DNA of 64,000 nt. Origin: Camelus dromedarius (Eukaryota). The DNA lies in contig NC_087437.1 of NCBI RefSeq assembly GCF_036321535.1, forward strand, positions 111,912,001 to 111,976,000. The letters run 5' to 3'. The first letter of the stretch is position 1. Every line of letters begins with the position of its first letter. Below are positions 1-11,330 of this stretch, one piece after another. Under the pieces are notes generated by a model. It did no database searches and was not told the DNA's origin. It worked only from the letters and a program-made list of their open reading frames with translations. A program made the position numbers and the translations under genes.

Positions 1-1564
1 TAGAGTGAATTCTGTTGTCTGGAACCAGCATGAACCCTGAATAACGTACTAGGGATCAATTCTGGCCGAATCAAGGCAAGTGGAAGTTTGTTGCTCCAGT
101 CTCTTCTGCTTCTTCTTACTTGAACATAGACACAGACTGGGGGAGTGCTTCCTATCGCTAGGAGGGCAGAGCGGGAACATGAAGGAACCTGGTGCTTTGA
201 GGACATTGCTGAATCCCTACCACAGCTCTGTACCACCCAGTCTGCAAGATAGAGTTAAGATCATGGTTATTTTAATAACTAACTAGGATAAGCCACATCG
301 AGTATTGAGCCTAAACTGTGCACAAAGGAGACATTCAATAATGGGAGCTATTAAAATCATTACTTGTTGTCATGTTCTCTATTTATGACCTTGATGCTTT
401 CCAGGACCTCTTGCTGAGTGGGGGACTGGGATGAAGGCAAAGAGGGTGTGGAGGTAGGTTCCTCCCTGGAAACTTGAAGGCAACAAAACAAAACAAAATA
501 AAAAACCCCAGCTGCCAAAGAAATATGGCTGGAAATATGGCTAACATGTGCGGCATGTTAAACATTTATCGCTGGTTTTATATCTCTCCATCTTACTAAA
601 AACTTCATTTCCATTTGCTCTTTCTGTTAGCTGGGTCACACAGTTGAAGCTGATTTAGCAAAGATGAGTGCTGAGAAGACTAATGAAACCATGGGACTGC
701 CTGTTCTGTTCAGCTGTGGAGTCAAGGGGTGGTAGACAAGTATTTGTTCACTGTGTGCTTGAATTCTACTTTCGTCCTGGACTAATTTTGTTTCTTTCAT
801 TCTTTTTAATCACAAGAACAAGGCAGCCTCCTGATAGCATATTCAAATAATACCCAGTGTTTTAAACAAGAGTGAAAATCTATGCTTACCTCTCCAACTT
901 ATTCTGAAGAAATAATGCTTGAGTCAATCTTCACGGAAGCAAATCTTGCCTTGTCTTTAAACTTCAGCAACTGCTTTGAGTGTTAACATGCTGGCTCCTT
1001 AAACTCTTCTGCAATGAGATCTCAAACCCCACTGCTTCCTACAGTCTTTCTCTATGTGTTATCATCCGAAGTCTCTACTACCACGGGCTTAACCACCTCA
1101 AGATCATGACCAGTATCTTCTAATACCGTTTATTCTGTTCTGGGAAACTTCAGGAATCATGTCAGATTCCTCCTTTCCTTCTCAGCTCCTTCTGTGGCAA
1201 CGTCAGCAACCATGATGCTCACTTCACTGCAGGACACAGACACGCATGTCCTCACCTACCAGCACTGAGGGGGCTCTAGACTTTGTCATCGGTATATGGC
1301 TCCGTTCCACCTTCAGATGCCACTGCTTCCTCTTTATTCTTTCTCCCATGCTCCTGCTCCGCTCTCACAGAAACCTCTATATGTCTGTGCCTTGGTTTTA
1401 TTTTATCTGTTACATCCACTCTTGATTCTCTGATCAGCTGCTTCCATGCCTCCCTCCCCCCACTCTGATGACCCTCCCACCTAGCCGTGGCTGGATGCCC
1501 CAGACCATCCCACCACTGGGTTATTATCTGCACAGTCTGCTTTCTCAGCTCCTGCTCTGAGGAG

Positions 1565-1704
1565 CGGTTGGTTGAATCTGTGGATGTGGAATTGCAGATA
1601 CAGGGGAAACGCAGATACCAAGGATCCACTATAAATTATACTAGAATTTTCTACTGCAAGGAGGGTCAGCACCCCTAAACCCCACATTGTTCAAAGGTCA
1701 ACTG
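1565..1704. mobile_element. Tigger2-type (TcMar-Tigger) DNA transposon terminal fragment
   Basis: Ends in ...cccctaaaccccacattgttcaaaggtcaactg, the reverse complement of the Tigger2-like TIR CAGTTGACCCTTGAACAA; internal ggttggttgaatctgtggatgtggaa motif. Confidence 0.75.
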
Positions 1705-2494
1705 GACTAAAGTAATTTGTCATAGGACATCATCTTAACAGCAACATTATCCATGATCTTACCTGGATCTGTAAAGAAGTATAGTGCCTACCACTTTATG
1801 ATGGTTACAATACATATAGAAATTAGTCGAGAAGAGCAAAGGTGTGATATGATATAGATGTTGGCCGTAACCCACTCCTGTGTGGCAGTTTCACAGCAGA
1901 CAGGATTCCAGTGTGTGCCTCGGCAAAATTTAAAAACTACCACCTGTCTTGGATTGTGGAGTCATTAACAAATGGTAGGAACCAGGAATATCGAAGCTAC
2001 AAAGGCCGGCGACCTATTGCATTTTGTATCTCTAAATCTTTACTGTCTGAACTTTGAACTTCAGACAAGCACAACCTCTTCATCCTGAAAAAAATAAACC
2101 TTCACTTGACTTTAGAGTGCCATCAGCTATCATTCTATTGTCAAATAGATCTACTGAAACTTCACTCTCCAAGTCCTCCATTGAGGACTTTCTTTTCAAA
2201 TCTAGTGACTCTAAGCTTTAACCTATTCACCCTCTCTGTGGTATTTGCCTATTGGCCGACTTTTCCTTTCCCCCATTGTCATCCATGGTTCTATGATTTT
2301 TCTTGGTTTACTTCATTGACTAAATCGTCTCTTTCCTTTCGGCTCCTCTTTCTCCTTCCTTTGAGCACTACCTGAAGCTCATCCTTGACTCTGATCTTCT
2401 TTTACACTTCTTCACGAATTATTCCAATCCCTTGTGTCGATTATACTGAGGTCATTTGGAGAACAAGTAGTCAACACAGACTATTAGAAATAGG

Positions 2495-2622
2495 AGAGGG
2501 GAGGGTATAGTCAGTGGTAGAGCACATTCTTAGCATGCACAAGGTTCTGGATTCAATCCCCAGTCCTTCCATTAAAATAAATTAAATAAAATATTAAATC
2601 TAATTATTCCCCCCCCCAAAAA
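2495..2622 (+). mobile_element. tRNA-derived SINE (camelid Vic-1-like)
   Basis: ggggagggtatagtcagtggtagagc (A box) ... ggattcaatcccc (B box), AT-rich tail and C-run; TSD AGAAATAGG at 2486-2494 and 2623-2631. Confidence 0.9.
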
Positions 2623-3499
2623 AGAAATAGGCAGGCTGTCTTCTTGATATTAGAAATCCATCCTCAGTAGGTAAATTGTTTACATCCTTACACAGCAGAT
2701 TTTTCAGTTTTGGACAGCTCTACTATGTAAAATGGTTTAGTATATATGGCTGAATCTGTCTCCTGGTAATTTTGATACCTGTTTTTCTGTCCTGCAAAGT
2801 AACATTGAAAAATCTTTCTTCTTTTTGATAACCCTTAGCAATACTCTGCTGGCTTATATTAAGCTCCTCTTAGTCACTCAGACGACAAACCTCAGAAACA
2901 TTTTTGATTCTTCCTTCTCCTTTAGTTCATAGAGCAAACAAGTCACCAAGCACTCAAGTCTTGTTTTGAAGTTTCTCCTGCAGAAATAGCATGTTTCAAA
3001 GTAGAAAAATTAAGTATTATAAAATAATAACTCATCTCAATTGAATTTATAGAGCTAATGCAATAGCGATAAAAGTCTCCATTGGATTTTTTTTCAAAGG
3101 AGTCAATACAAGTTTTCTGAAATTCAACTGAGACAATAAACAAAGAATAGTACAAAATAAAGAGTGGTAAGGAGAGATTAGTTACATGCATTATTAAAAC
3201 AAAGTCACAGTCTTTAAAATAGTGTGGTACTGTCTTGGACTGATCAATGGAAGAGCATAAACAACTTAGAATTACAGTTTATTAAATATAAAAATGTGAT
3301 ATATAAAAGAAAGCAATCATATCAATGAGATTAAAGATTACTCAGCAATGATTCCTAAATCACTTGCTAGGAATTTATATTGTTACTGTATATTGAATAA
3401 AGTTTATATGGGATTAATGAATTTAAAAAATAAAATCATAGACAAATAAGAGGAAAATTAATTGAAAGGTGCTTAAATCTCTGAAACACTGAGAAGCTT

Positions 3500-4240
3500 T
3501 TTTTTATTAAAGAGTAGTTGATTTACAATATTGTGTTAGTTTCAGGTGTATAGTGTAGTGATTCAGTATTTTTAATTTCTTTCTTTTTTTGGTGGGGAAT
3601 TAGGTTCACTTATTTATTTATTTATTTTTAGAGGAGACACTGGGGATTGAACCCAGGACCTTGTGCACGCTAGGCATGTGCTCTATGACTTGAGCTATAT
3701 CCTCCCCATGTGATTCAGTATTTTTGCAGATTATATTCCATCATAGGTTATTACAAGATAATGGCTGTAAGTCCCTGTGCTATGCAGTATATCCTTGTTG
3801 CTTATCTACTTTATACATAGTAGTTTGTATCTGTTAATCCCATACCCCTAATTTGTCCCCCCCCCATTCCCTCACCTCTTTGGTAACTGCAAGTTTGTTT
3901 CCCATGTCTGTGAGTTCTGTTTCTGCTTTGCATATACATTCATTTATATTATTTTTTAGATTCCACACATAAGTGAAATCACATGGCATTTGTCTTCCTC
4001 TGTCCGATTTATTTCACTAAGTATAATAATCTCTGGTTTCATCCACACTACTGCAAATGACAGTATTTCATTTTTTACGGTTGAGTAATATTCCATTATA
4101 TATATGTATGTTTATGTATATACATCTTTTTTATCCATTCATCTGTCACTGGATGCTTAGGTTGCTTCCATGAATTGGCTATTGTAAATAGGGCTGCTAT
4201 GAATATTGGGGTGCATGCATCTTTTTCAATTAGAGTTTTG
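3500..4240 (-). mobile_element. L1 3' UTR / ORF2 C-terminal fragment
   Basis: T-tract followed by the L1 3' end gttgatttacaatattgtgttagtttcaggtg...ttttagattccacacataagtga...ggttgcttcca. Confidence 0.85.
3574..3709 (-). mobile_element. tRNA-derived SINE (Vic-1-like) nested in an L1 3' end
   Basis: ggggattgaacccaggacc...gagctatatcctcccc; perfect 16-bp TSD GTGATTCAGTATTTTT at 3558-3573 and 3710-3725. Confidence 0.92.
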
Positions 4241-4329
4241 CCAGTTTAACTTTACCCATCTTTTTATTTTAACATTTCTGAATAAATATTTTACTGTATG
4301 CACCTCTCATGAGGTAGTTTACATTTTAA

Positions 4330-5860
4330 AACAATCGTCTGCTGATGAACATTTAGATTGCTTCTTAATCCTCGTCTTCTTAATCCAGTCATCTATTGAT
4401 GGGCACTTAGGTTGCTTCCATATCTTGGCTATTGTAAATAGTGCTGTTGTGAAAGTTGGGGTGCATGTATCTTTTCAAATTAGTGTTTTTGTTTTTTCTG
4501 GATATATACCCAGGAGTGGAATTGCTGGATTATATGGTAGTTCTTGTTTTAAAGTTTTTAAGGAATCTCCATATGGTTTTTCATAGTGGCTGCTCCAATT
4601 TACATTCCCACCAACAGTGTGCAAGTGTTCTTTTTACTCCATGTTCTCTACAACATTTGTTGTTTGTAGACTTTTTGATAATAGCCATTCTGACAGCTAT
4701 GAAGTGATACCTCATTGTGAGCTATTTGTATATTTTGGATATTAACACCTTATTTGTCGCATCATTTGCAAATATTTTCTCCCACTCCATAGATGGTCTT
4801 TTTATTTTGCCAATGGTTTCTTTTGCTGTGGCAAAGCTTTTAAGTTTACTTAAGTCCCATTTGTTTATTTTTGCTTTTATTTCTTTTGCCTTAGGAGACT
4901 GATTCAAGAAAATATTGCTATGAGTTATGTCACAGAGTGTTCCACCTATGTTCTCTTTTGAGAGTTTTATGGTTTCATGTCTTACATTTAGGTCTTTAAA
5001 CCATTTTGAGTTTATTTTTGTATACTGTGTGAGGAAATGTTCTAATTTCATTGTTTTTGTTGGAGAGGGTGAGCTCCAAATCCTGCTATTCTGCCATCTT
5101 GAAGTCTCTCCCCTAATCTCATTGTTGTGCATGTGGCTGTCCAGCTTTCCCAGCACCACTTGTTGAAGAGATTATCTTTTCTCTATTGTTTATTCTTGCC
5201 TCCTTTGTTGTTTATTAATTGACCATAGGTGCCTGGGTTTATTTCTGGGCTCTCTATTCTGTTTCACTGATCTGTGTGTCTGGTTTTCTGCCAATACCAC
5301 ACTTTTTGGATTACTGTAGCTTTGTAGTATAGTCTGAAATCTGGGAGGATTGTACCTCCAGCTTTGTTCTTTTTCCTCAAGATTGGTTTGGTAGCTCAGG
5401 GTCTTTTGCAGTTTTATGTGCATTTTAGTTTTATTCATTCTAGTTCTGTGAAAAAATGTCCTTGATATTTTGATAGGGATTGCATTAAATGTGTAGATTG
5501 CTTTAGGTAGTATTTTAATTACTTCTTTAATAACATGAATTATTCCAGTACAAGAGCATGAGATATCTTTCCATTTCTTTGAATCTTCTTCAGTTTCCTT
5601 CATCAGTGCTATATAGTTTTCAGAGTCTTTCACCTCCTTGGTTAAGTTTATTCCTAGGTTTTTTTGTTTTTTTTTTTTTTTGATGAGATTTTAAAAAGGA
5701 TTGTTTTTAAGTTTTTCTCTTTCTGATATTTCATTATTGGTGTATAGAAATGCAATGGATTTCTGTATAGTAATCTTGTATCCTGCAACCTTGCTGAATT
5801 CATTTATTGGTTCTGATAGTTTCTGAGTAGAGACTTTAGGCTTCTCTGTATAAATTATCA
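4330..5860 (-). mobile_element. L1 ORF2 fragment (degenerate)
   Basis: Minus ORFs give L1 ORF2 peptides: [92 protein letters not shown]. Confidence 0.93.
5056..5112 (-). mobile_element. 57-bp L1 5'-terminus-like fragment inserted with TSD
   Basis: Minus strand GGGAGAGACTTCAAGATGGCAGAATAGCAGGATTTGGAGCTCACCCTCTCCAACAAA, between 14-bp direct repeats at 5042-5055 and 5113-5126 (1 mismatch). Confidence 0.75.
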
Positions 5861-5879
5861 TGCCATAAGGTAAGAAGTG

Positions 5880-6616
5880 ATAGATGGTGCAGCCACTTGG
5901 GAAAACAGTCTGGAAGTTCTGCAAAAGATCAAATACAGAGTTACAATATGACCCAACAATTTCACTGTTAGGTATATGAGAAAAATGAAGACACATATTC
6001 CCCAAAAAAACTTGTACATGAATGTTCTTAGCATCATTATTCATAATACCCTAAAAATGAAGACAACCCATATAGTCTTTATCCATCCACTGACAAATGG
6101 ATAAATAAAATATGGTATATTTATATAATGGAATATCATTTGGCAATAAAAAGGGATGAGATACATGATGCAATATGGGTAAGCCTTAAAAACACTACCT
6201 AAGTGAAAGAATTTGGACTGAAAGTATTACATATGGTGTGATTCCATTTATATAAAATACCCAGAATAGATAAATCTATAGAGAAAGAAAGTAGATTAGT
6301 GGTTGCCTACGGCTAGGGGTTGGGGTGAAATAGAGAATGATTGCTAATGGGTGTGGGTTTGTTTTTGGAGTGATGAAAAGTTTCTAAAATTGATCAGGGT
6401 GATGGATATACAATTCTGTGAATATACTAAAACCATTGAATTTTGCATTTTATAAGGGCATATTGGCCCCTCTCTCTCTCCCTCTTTGGAGACGGTCCGC
6501 ATTCTGTCTATGGAATGTGTACCTACTTTTAATCTGAGCACCCAACCCCTACACCTTGTGGCCTTGCTCTTGCCTTTCAATGTATCTCTCTGAATAAATC
6601 TACCTTCATTCAAAAA

Positions 6617-6675
<59 letters not shown>

Positions 6676-6730
6676 ATGGGCATATTGTATAGTATGTGAA
6701 TTATATCTCAAAACTGTAAAAAAAAAAAAA
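5880..6730 (+). mobile_element. Old L1M (L1MB-like) 3' end, interrupted at 6466-6672
   Basis: ggtgcagccacttgggaaaacagtctgg...aaagtagattagtggttgcc...gtgaatatactaaaaccattgaa...gtgaattatatctcaa followed by an A tail. Confidence 0.85.
6466..6672 (+). mobile_element. Polyadenylated retrocopy of an ERV-LTR-like 3' end, tail converted to (AAAT)n
   Basis: AATAAA at 6593-6598, cleavage at CA 6611-6612, (AAAT)n to about 6677; TSD GGGCATATTG at 6456-6465 and 6678-6687. The body (cgcattctgtctatggaatgtgt...tctctctgaataaatcta) resembles ERV1 LTR R regions from memory. Confidence 0.7.
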
Positions 6731-7960
6731 GAAGTAATTGAAGAAGTCAGAAAATATCAACCTATTACATTTCAAAAGATGCTAACCTTATCCTAAATCC
6801 TTTCTTAAATGAGATAAGAGTAAATAGTGTTCAAAAGGGCAGAGAGATCAAATAAGATAAGAACTGAAACCATCTGGACCATGAATCTGGAACCTTCTCC
6901 CTACATCACTTACAGCCCATAGATTTCTGACCAAATACTCCACCTACTGGATGGTGATACTGGATGCTCAGGGAATCAGACCTTAAACCCTGCCACGCCA
7001 AATGTTTACCAGCAAAACTTACCTTAATGAACTCTGTTATGTTAGAGGGGGTTCTCATATTCGCTTTATCTCATTTCTACCGAAGTTCCAAACGATTGAC
7101 GAAAAGTTAATGTCTGTTAGAAACACTATCTGTGAAGCAATAAGATTACTTTTGTTATAAGCCAGACATTGATAGGATGAAACCAAAAACAAAAATTAGC
7201 TTCTTGTCTTGAGAGGAGGAGGGGGGTCCAACTAGTCAAGAGGATGGAAAGACAGACCAACTGCACTTGTTAGTCAACCTCGTCCTGATTCTAACTGATT
7301 TCTCCTAATATGTAGCCCTCAAATGGTCATCGGGGTGTCTATTTTAAATCCTTTAAGTTTATTGGGGTGGGAGTGGGGAATAGTAAACCCTGGATATTTC
7401 AGATCATAGAAGTACCATTTGTGTGGCTTGCCCAAACTAATGTTTTTATGAACTCATGGAATCCTACTGGCTTTAGGTGGCAAAGCAATGCTGCTACTTG
7501 GTCAGTTAGAAATGAAATGTAGGGTCATGGTTCACAGAATTTTTTAAAAAATCAATTTTGCAGTATTTTAAATATCACTTGCAAAAACAGGAAATGCTGC
7601 AAATGTGTTCTACTGGCTGATAAAATGAGAATGACAGTAATAAATCTTCTAATAAAAAGAATGGTGTAGTAAAATTACTGCAGGAAAAGAACACACCTTT
7701 ATGGCAAAACCACAAAATGTTGTAGCTGCATAATGTTATTTGTTTGGGCAGGTGAATCATAATTCTGTACATTGCAGCTTTTCTACGTTTTAGGAACATG
7801 TAGTAAAAAGACTGTGAAATTAAAGAACTATTTTAAAAACTCCGGGAAGTCATAAATACTTGTTGTAACAGATGAGCGTAAAAGATTTACTGCAAAGTCT
7901 ACTGGACCTCCAAGAAGACTCTGTTTTGCTCTGTGTCTGATCTCTGTGGCATTTTACCAG

Positions 7961-8165
7961 AAAATGTGCTTCTGAATAGACAAAGAGCACATCAAACCAC
8001 CCATGTTTGCGCCATCAAGTTTGGAGATTCTGTTCCCTTGATCAAAGAATTTCTATTGGGCATCCACGATGCACGATGCACGGCGCATTTCAGAATGTGG
8101 AGGTAGAGCAGCGAGAAGACAAAGTACACCCCGTGGAGCCGATTCTTGGTGGGGGCAGCTTGAAG
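7961..8165 (+). other. Candidate spliced exon (probably non-coding or a 5' exon)
   Basis: Pyrimidine-rich acceptor ...ttttaccAG at 7960; consensus donor AAG|GTAAGT at 8165/8166 followed by a G-run; no frame is open across the whole exon. Confidence 0.3.
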
Positions 8166-8444
8166 GTAAGTAGGGGGGGGATGCACACAGATAAAATGAT
8201 TAATAGAGTAATTCAACTCATTTACCTATGTTTGCTTTTTGATAGGAGTGGATCCTGAACTCTTAATCTGTCCTCTATTATGTTTTTCTGTTGCTTTTTC
8301 TTCTTCTTTGCTTCCTTCCACTATTGAATATTCTTTTCCTTTAGTTACTAAAATTTCTGAACTTTGTTAGGCATAGATCTGCCAAGTTGAGAATGCCTGC
8401 CTGTCCCTTGTAACTAGGTGTAGCTACTTCTACACAACTAGTCA

Positions 8445-8680
8445 TAATAACAGTAACAAAAACCCAATAGCCCTTAGTAAGTGCCAGGCAGTGTTTTAAA
8501 CACTTTCTGTATACTACTCATGTAATCCTCTCAACAACTCTCTATGATAGGTGCTAGTATTATCCTTATTTTTCCAATGTGGAAATAAAGAACAGGGAGT
8601 AACTTGTCCAGGTTCTTATAACTAGTGAATCCTAGAGCTGGGATTGGAAGCCAGGGGGCCAGCCCCAGAGTCCATCCCTA
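8445..8680 (-). mobile_element. MIR SINE
   Basis: gtgccaggcagtgttttaaacact...aatcctctcaacaactctctatgataggtgctagtattatccttattttt core. Confidence 0.75.
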
Positions 8681-8689
8681 ATCTGAAGT

Positions 8690-11330
8690 TTTAAAGATAT
8701 GTCTTCATATTTTCTCCTGAACATTTTAAAGTTTTGCTTTTCACATTTGAGTTTTTAATCTATCTATAACTAACTTTCAGCATGATATGACTTAGGCATC
8801 TATTTTTATACGAATAACTCGTTTTCCCAGTTCCATTTATTGGTATGCAAACATAATATTTCTGTCTATGTCTGTGAGATTGTCTCTGCTTTCTATACCA
8901 TTCTCCTGGCAAATTTGTCTATCCCTGTGTCAATATCAAATTGCCTAAATTAATTTAAAGCCCAGTAAGTTCTCTATCACTTTATTTCTCTTCTCCAGGA
9001 GTGTACTGGTTACCCTAGACCCATGCTCCTCTGAAAATTTTAGATCTAGCTTTTTCTGTCTCCCAGAAAACCCCCTAAAGCTTTTTTAATCTTTAGGCAA
9101 ATCTTTAGTTAGTTGCCACAGGCAAATTTAGAGTTAAATTTGGAGAGAATTCAAATGGTAATATCTGTGAACATGGCATATACTTCCATTATCTGAATAT
9201 TCTTCAATGTCTTTTAATAGAGTTTGAGATATTTCCACTAGAACTCTTGTGCGTCATTTGTTAGACTAAGCAAATTTTTACTGAAGTAAGACATTCTTGC
9301 AACAGAGTTTTCATATCTTAATTGTGTATAAGCTCCATGAATTCTCACAAAATGAATATGCTTTTGTACCAGGACTCAGATCAAGGAAGAAAAAACATTA
9401 TCAGCACCTCAGAAGTCCCTTTCCCCCTCGTCCTAGGTAACCACTGTTCTGAATTTTAACACCCTAGATTGATTTTTACCAGTTTTTGGACTTTATGTAT
9501 ACGGAATCATTGGTTTGTTTGTTTTTTAGTTTCATGGTTTTATTAACACAAATACAATGTGCAGGAGCTGTCTATTCGTTAATTTCGCTGCGCAGCCTGC
9601 GTTGGGACTGGTGACTCCGATGGCCAGCTGGGCTGCTCTCTCCACAACGGCTTTGCGGGTCTTGGAGGAGACGTGAGCAATCTCAGCACAGTAAGATTTG
9701 TTGCACGTCAGCAGCACTTCGAGCTCCTCGACGTTGTGGACCAGGAACTTGCGGAAGCCGCTGGGCAGCATGTGCTTTGTTTTCTTGTTGCTCCCGTAGC
9801 CCTGGCCGTTGAACCTCCTGCGCAACCTGTTGTCAACGCCTCTGGGTTTCCACCAGTTCCGCTTAATTTTGACGTATGGGTCTGACTGGTGCCGGATGAA
9901 CTTCTTGGTCCTCTTTTTGACGATCCTGGGCTTCACGAGGGGTCTGAGGGTGGCCATGATGCCGACTAGGAGATGGCTGCCGCCTCCGTAGGTAGCGCCG
10001 AGGAAGAGAGCTGGAAACATTGTTTTTGTATTTTATTCGCTTCTTGTAATCTGCATAATGGTTACAATATCCATTCATTTGAATAACTAGAGATGACTCA
10101 TTCTCACTGACTGCTGTACGTTATTCCATTGTGTGAATATAACACAATTTATTTATCCATTCTCTTACTGATGCACATTTGGGTTATATCCAGTTTTTGA
10201 CTAGTACAAACATGAGATCATGAACATTCTTATGAGTGTCTTTTGGTAAATATATGTATACATTTCTGTTGAATACATGCCTAGGGGCAGAATTGCTGGG
10301 TCATAGAGTCCATATATGTTTCAGTTTTAGTACATATGGCCAGTTTTCCAAAATGGTTCAACCATTTTACACTCCTACTAGGAACATACAAAGGTTCCAG
10401 TTTGTCTTTGTCTTTGTCCACACTTGGTAGTGTCTTATTCATTTTAGTCCTTCTGGTGGGTGTATGTTAGTATGGAACTATTGTCTTGGTTAACCTTTTC
10501 TTCATACCTATTTGATGGATATCTTCTATGTGAAATGACATGACTGTCCCTAACTTTGCACATTTTTCTGTTGGGTTTCCTAGCTTTTAAAAAGCCACTT
10601 TGTAAGAGATATTTACATAATCCAGATATAAGTCTTTTGTTGAGTGCATGTATTTTAAATACATTCTCCCAGTCTCTGGCTTACCTCTTCCCTCTAAACA
10701 GTGTCCTTTGAAGAACAGAGTTCTTAACTGAAAGGTATTTTAATTTACCTATTTTATTTCTTTATGATTATCGCATTTTATGTGTCAGTTTAATAAATCT
10801 CTGCCTACTTCAATATCATGAAAATTTTCTCCTATGTTCTATTTCAAAAGCTTTATTGTTTTAGTGGTTGCACTGTATGAAATTACCAATATTCAACCTG
10901 CAAAAAAGGGCAGCAGTTTCATGTGGTTCAGTACAACATATTTAAGCTGCAATCAATCTGGAATTGATTTTCATGTTAGAAGTGAGGTAGAGATCAAGAT
11001 ATTTTTTAAATTCACCTGTCCCAGCATCAGCTTTTTGTAAATCAGATGACTTCATATATGTGGTTCTCTTTCTTGATTCAGTTTTCCGTTCCACTGGTTT
11101 ATTCATTTTTGTGCCAATACCATACCACCTTAGTTACTATAGCCTTGTAACAGGTCACTTATAAATAGATCTCAGTTTGAGCTTCTTCAAGATTGCTTGG
11201 CTACCCTTAGTCTTTTGGGTTCCCATTTAATGTCATGGATTCCCCTTTTTTCCCAGTCATTGCTTTATATATTTTGATGCTATTTTAAGTGATGCCTTGA
11301 AGTTTAGAATTGTCATGCTTTCTTAGTAAA
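8690..11330 (-). mobile_element. Old L1M relics hosting the RPL32 retrocopy
   Basis: T-rich L1 antisense motifs (ttattccattgtgtgaatataacacaatttatttatccattc, gaattgctgggtcatag, tgccaataccataccac). Confidence 0.7.
9513..10010 (-). pseudogene. RPL32: Processed (retro)pseudogene of 60S ribosomal protein L32
   Basis: Minus-strand translation from ATG 9957 gives [26 protein letters not shown]...[15 protein letters not shown]...[11 protein letters not shown], i.e. RPL32. It is intronless, starts with a 5' TOP-like CTCTCTTCC at 10010, and retains the original TAG (9572-9574), AATAAA (9539-9544) and a decayed poly(A) (9513-9527). Imperfect TSD GGAATCATTG (9503-9512) / GGAAACATTG (10013-10022). Lesions vs mammalian RPL32: 18-nt deletion (ILMPNI), 3-nt deletion (N102), 1-nt frameshift at A127; 408-22=386 nt, matching 9572-9957. 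Confidence 0.97.

Noticed and set aside
2495..2575. tRNA gene (also at 3640, 15150, 51609, 53700)
   Set aside because: These are SINE heads with AT-rich tails, TSDs and degenerate stems, not tRNA genes.
4722..6044. Active L1 ORF2
   Set aside because: Fragmented by frameshifts, deletions and an insertion; no ORF1 or full 5' UTR.
9532..10020. 162-aa ORF as a functional RPL32 paralogue
   Set aside because: The upstream ATG comes from flank/TSD; a conserved 6-aa segment is deleted, the C-terminus is frameshifted, there are many replacements, and it has retrocopy hallmarks.
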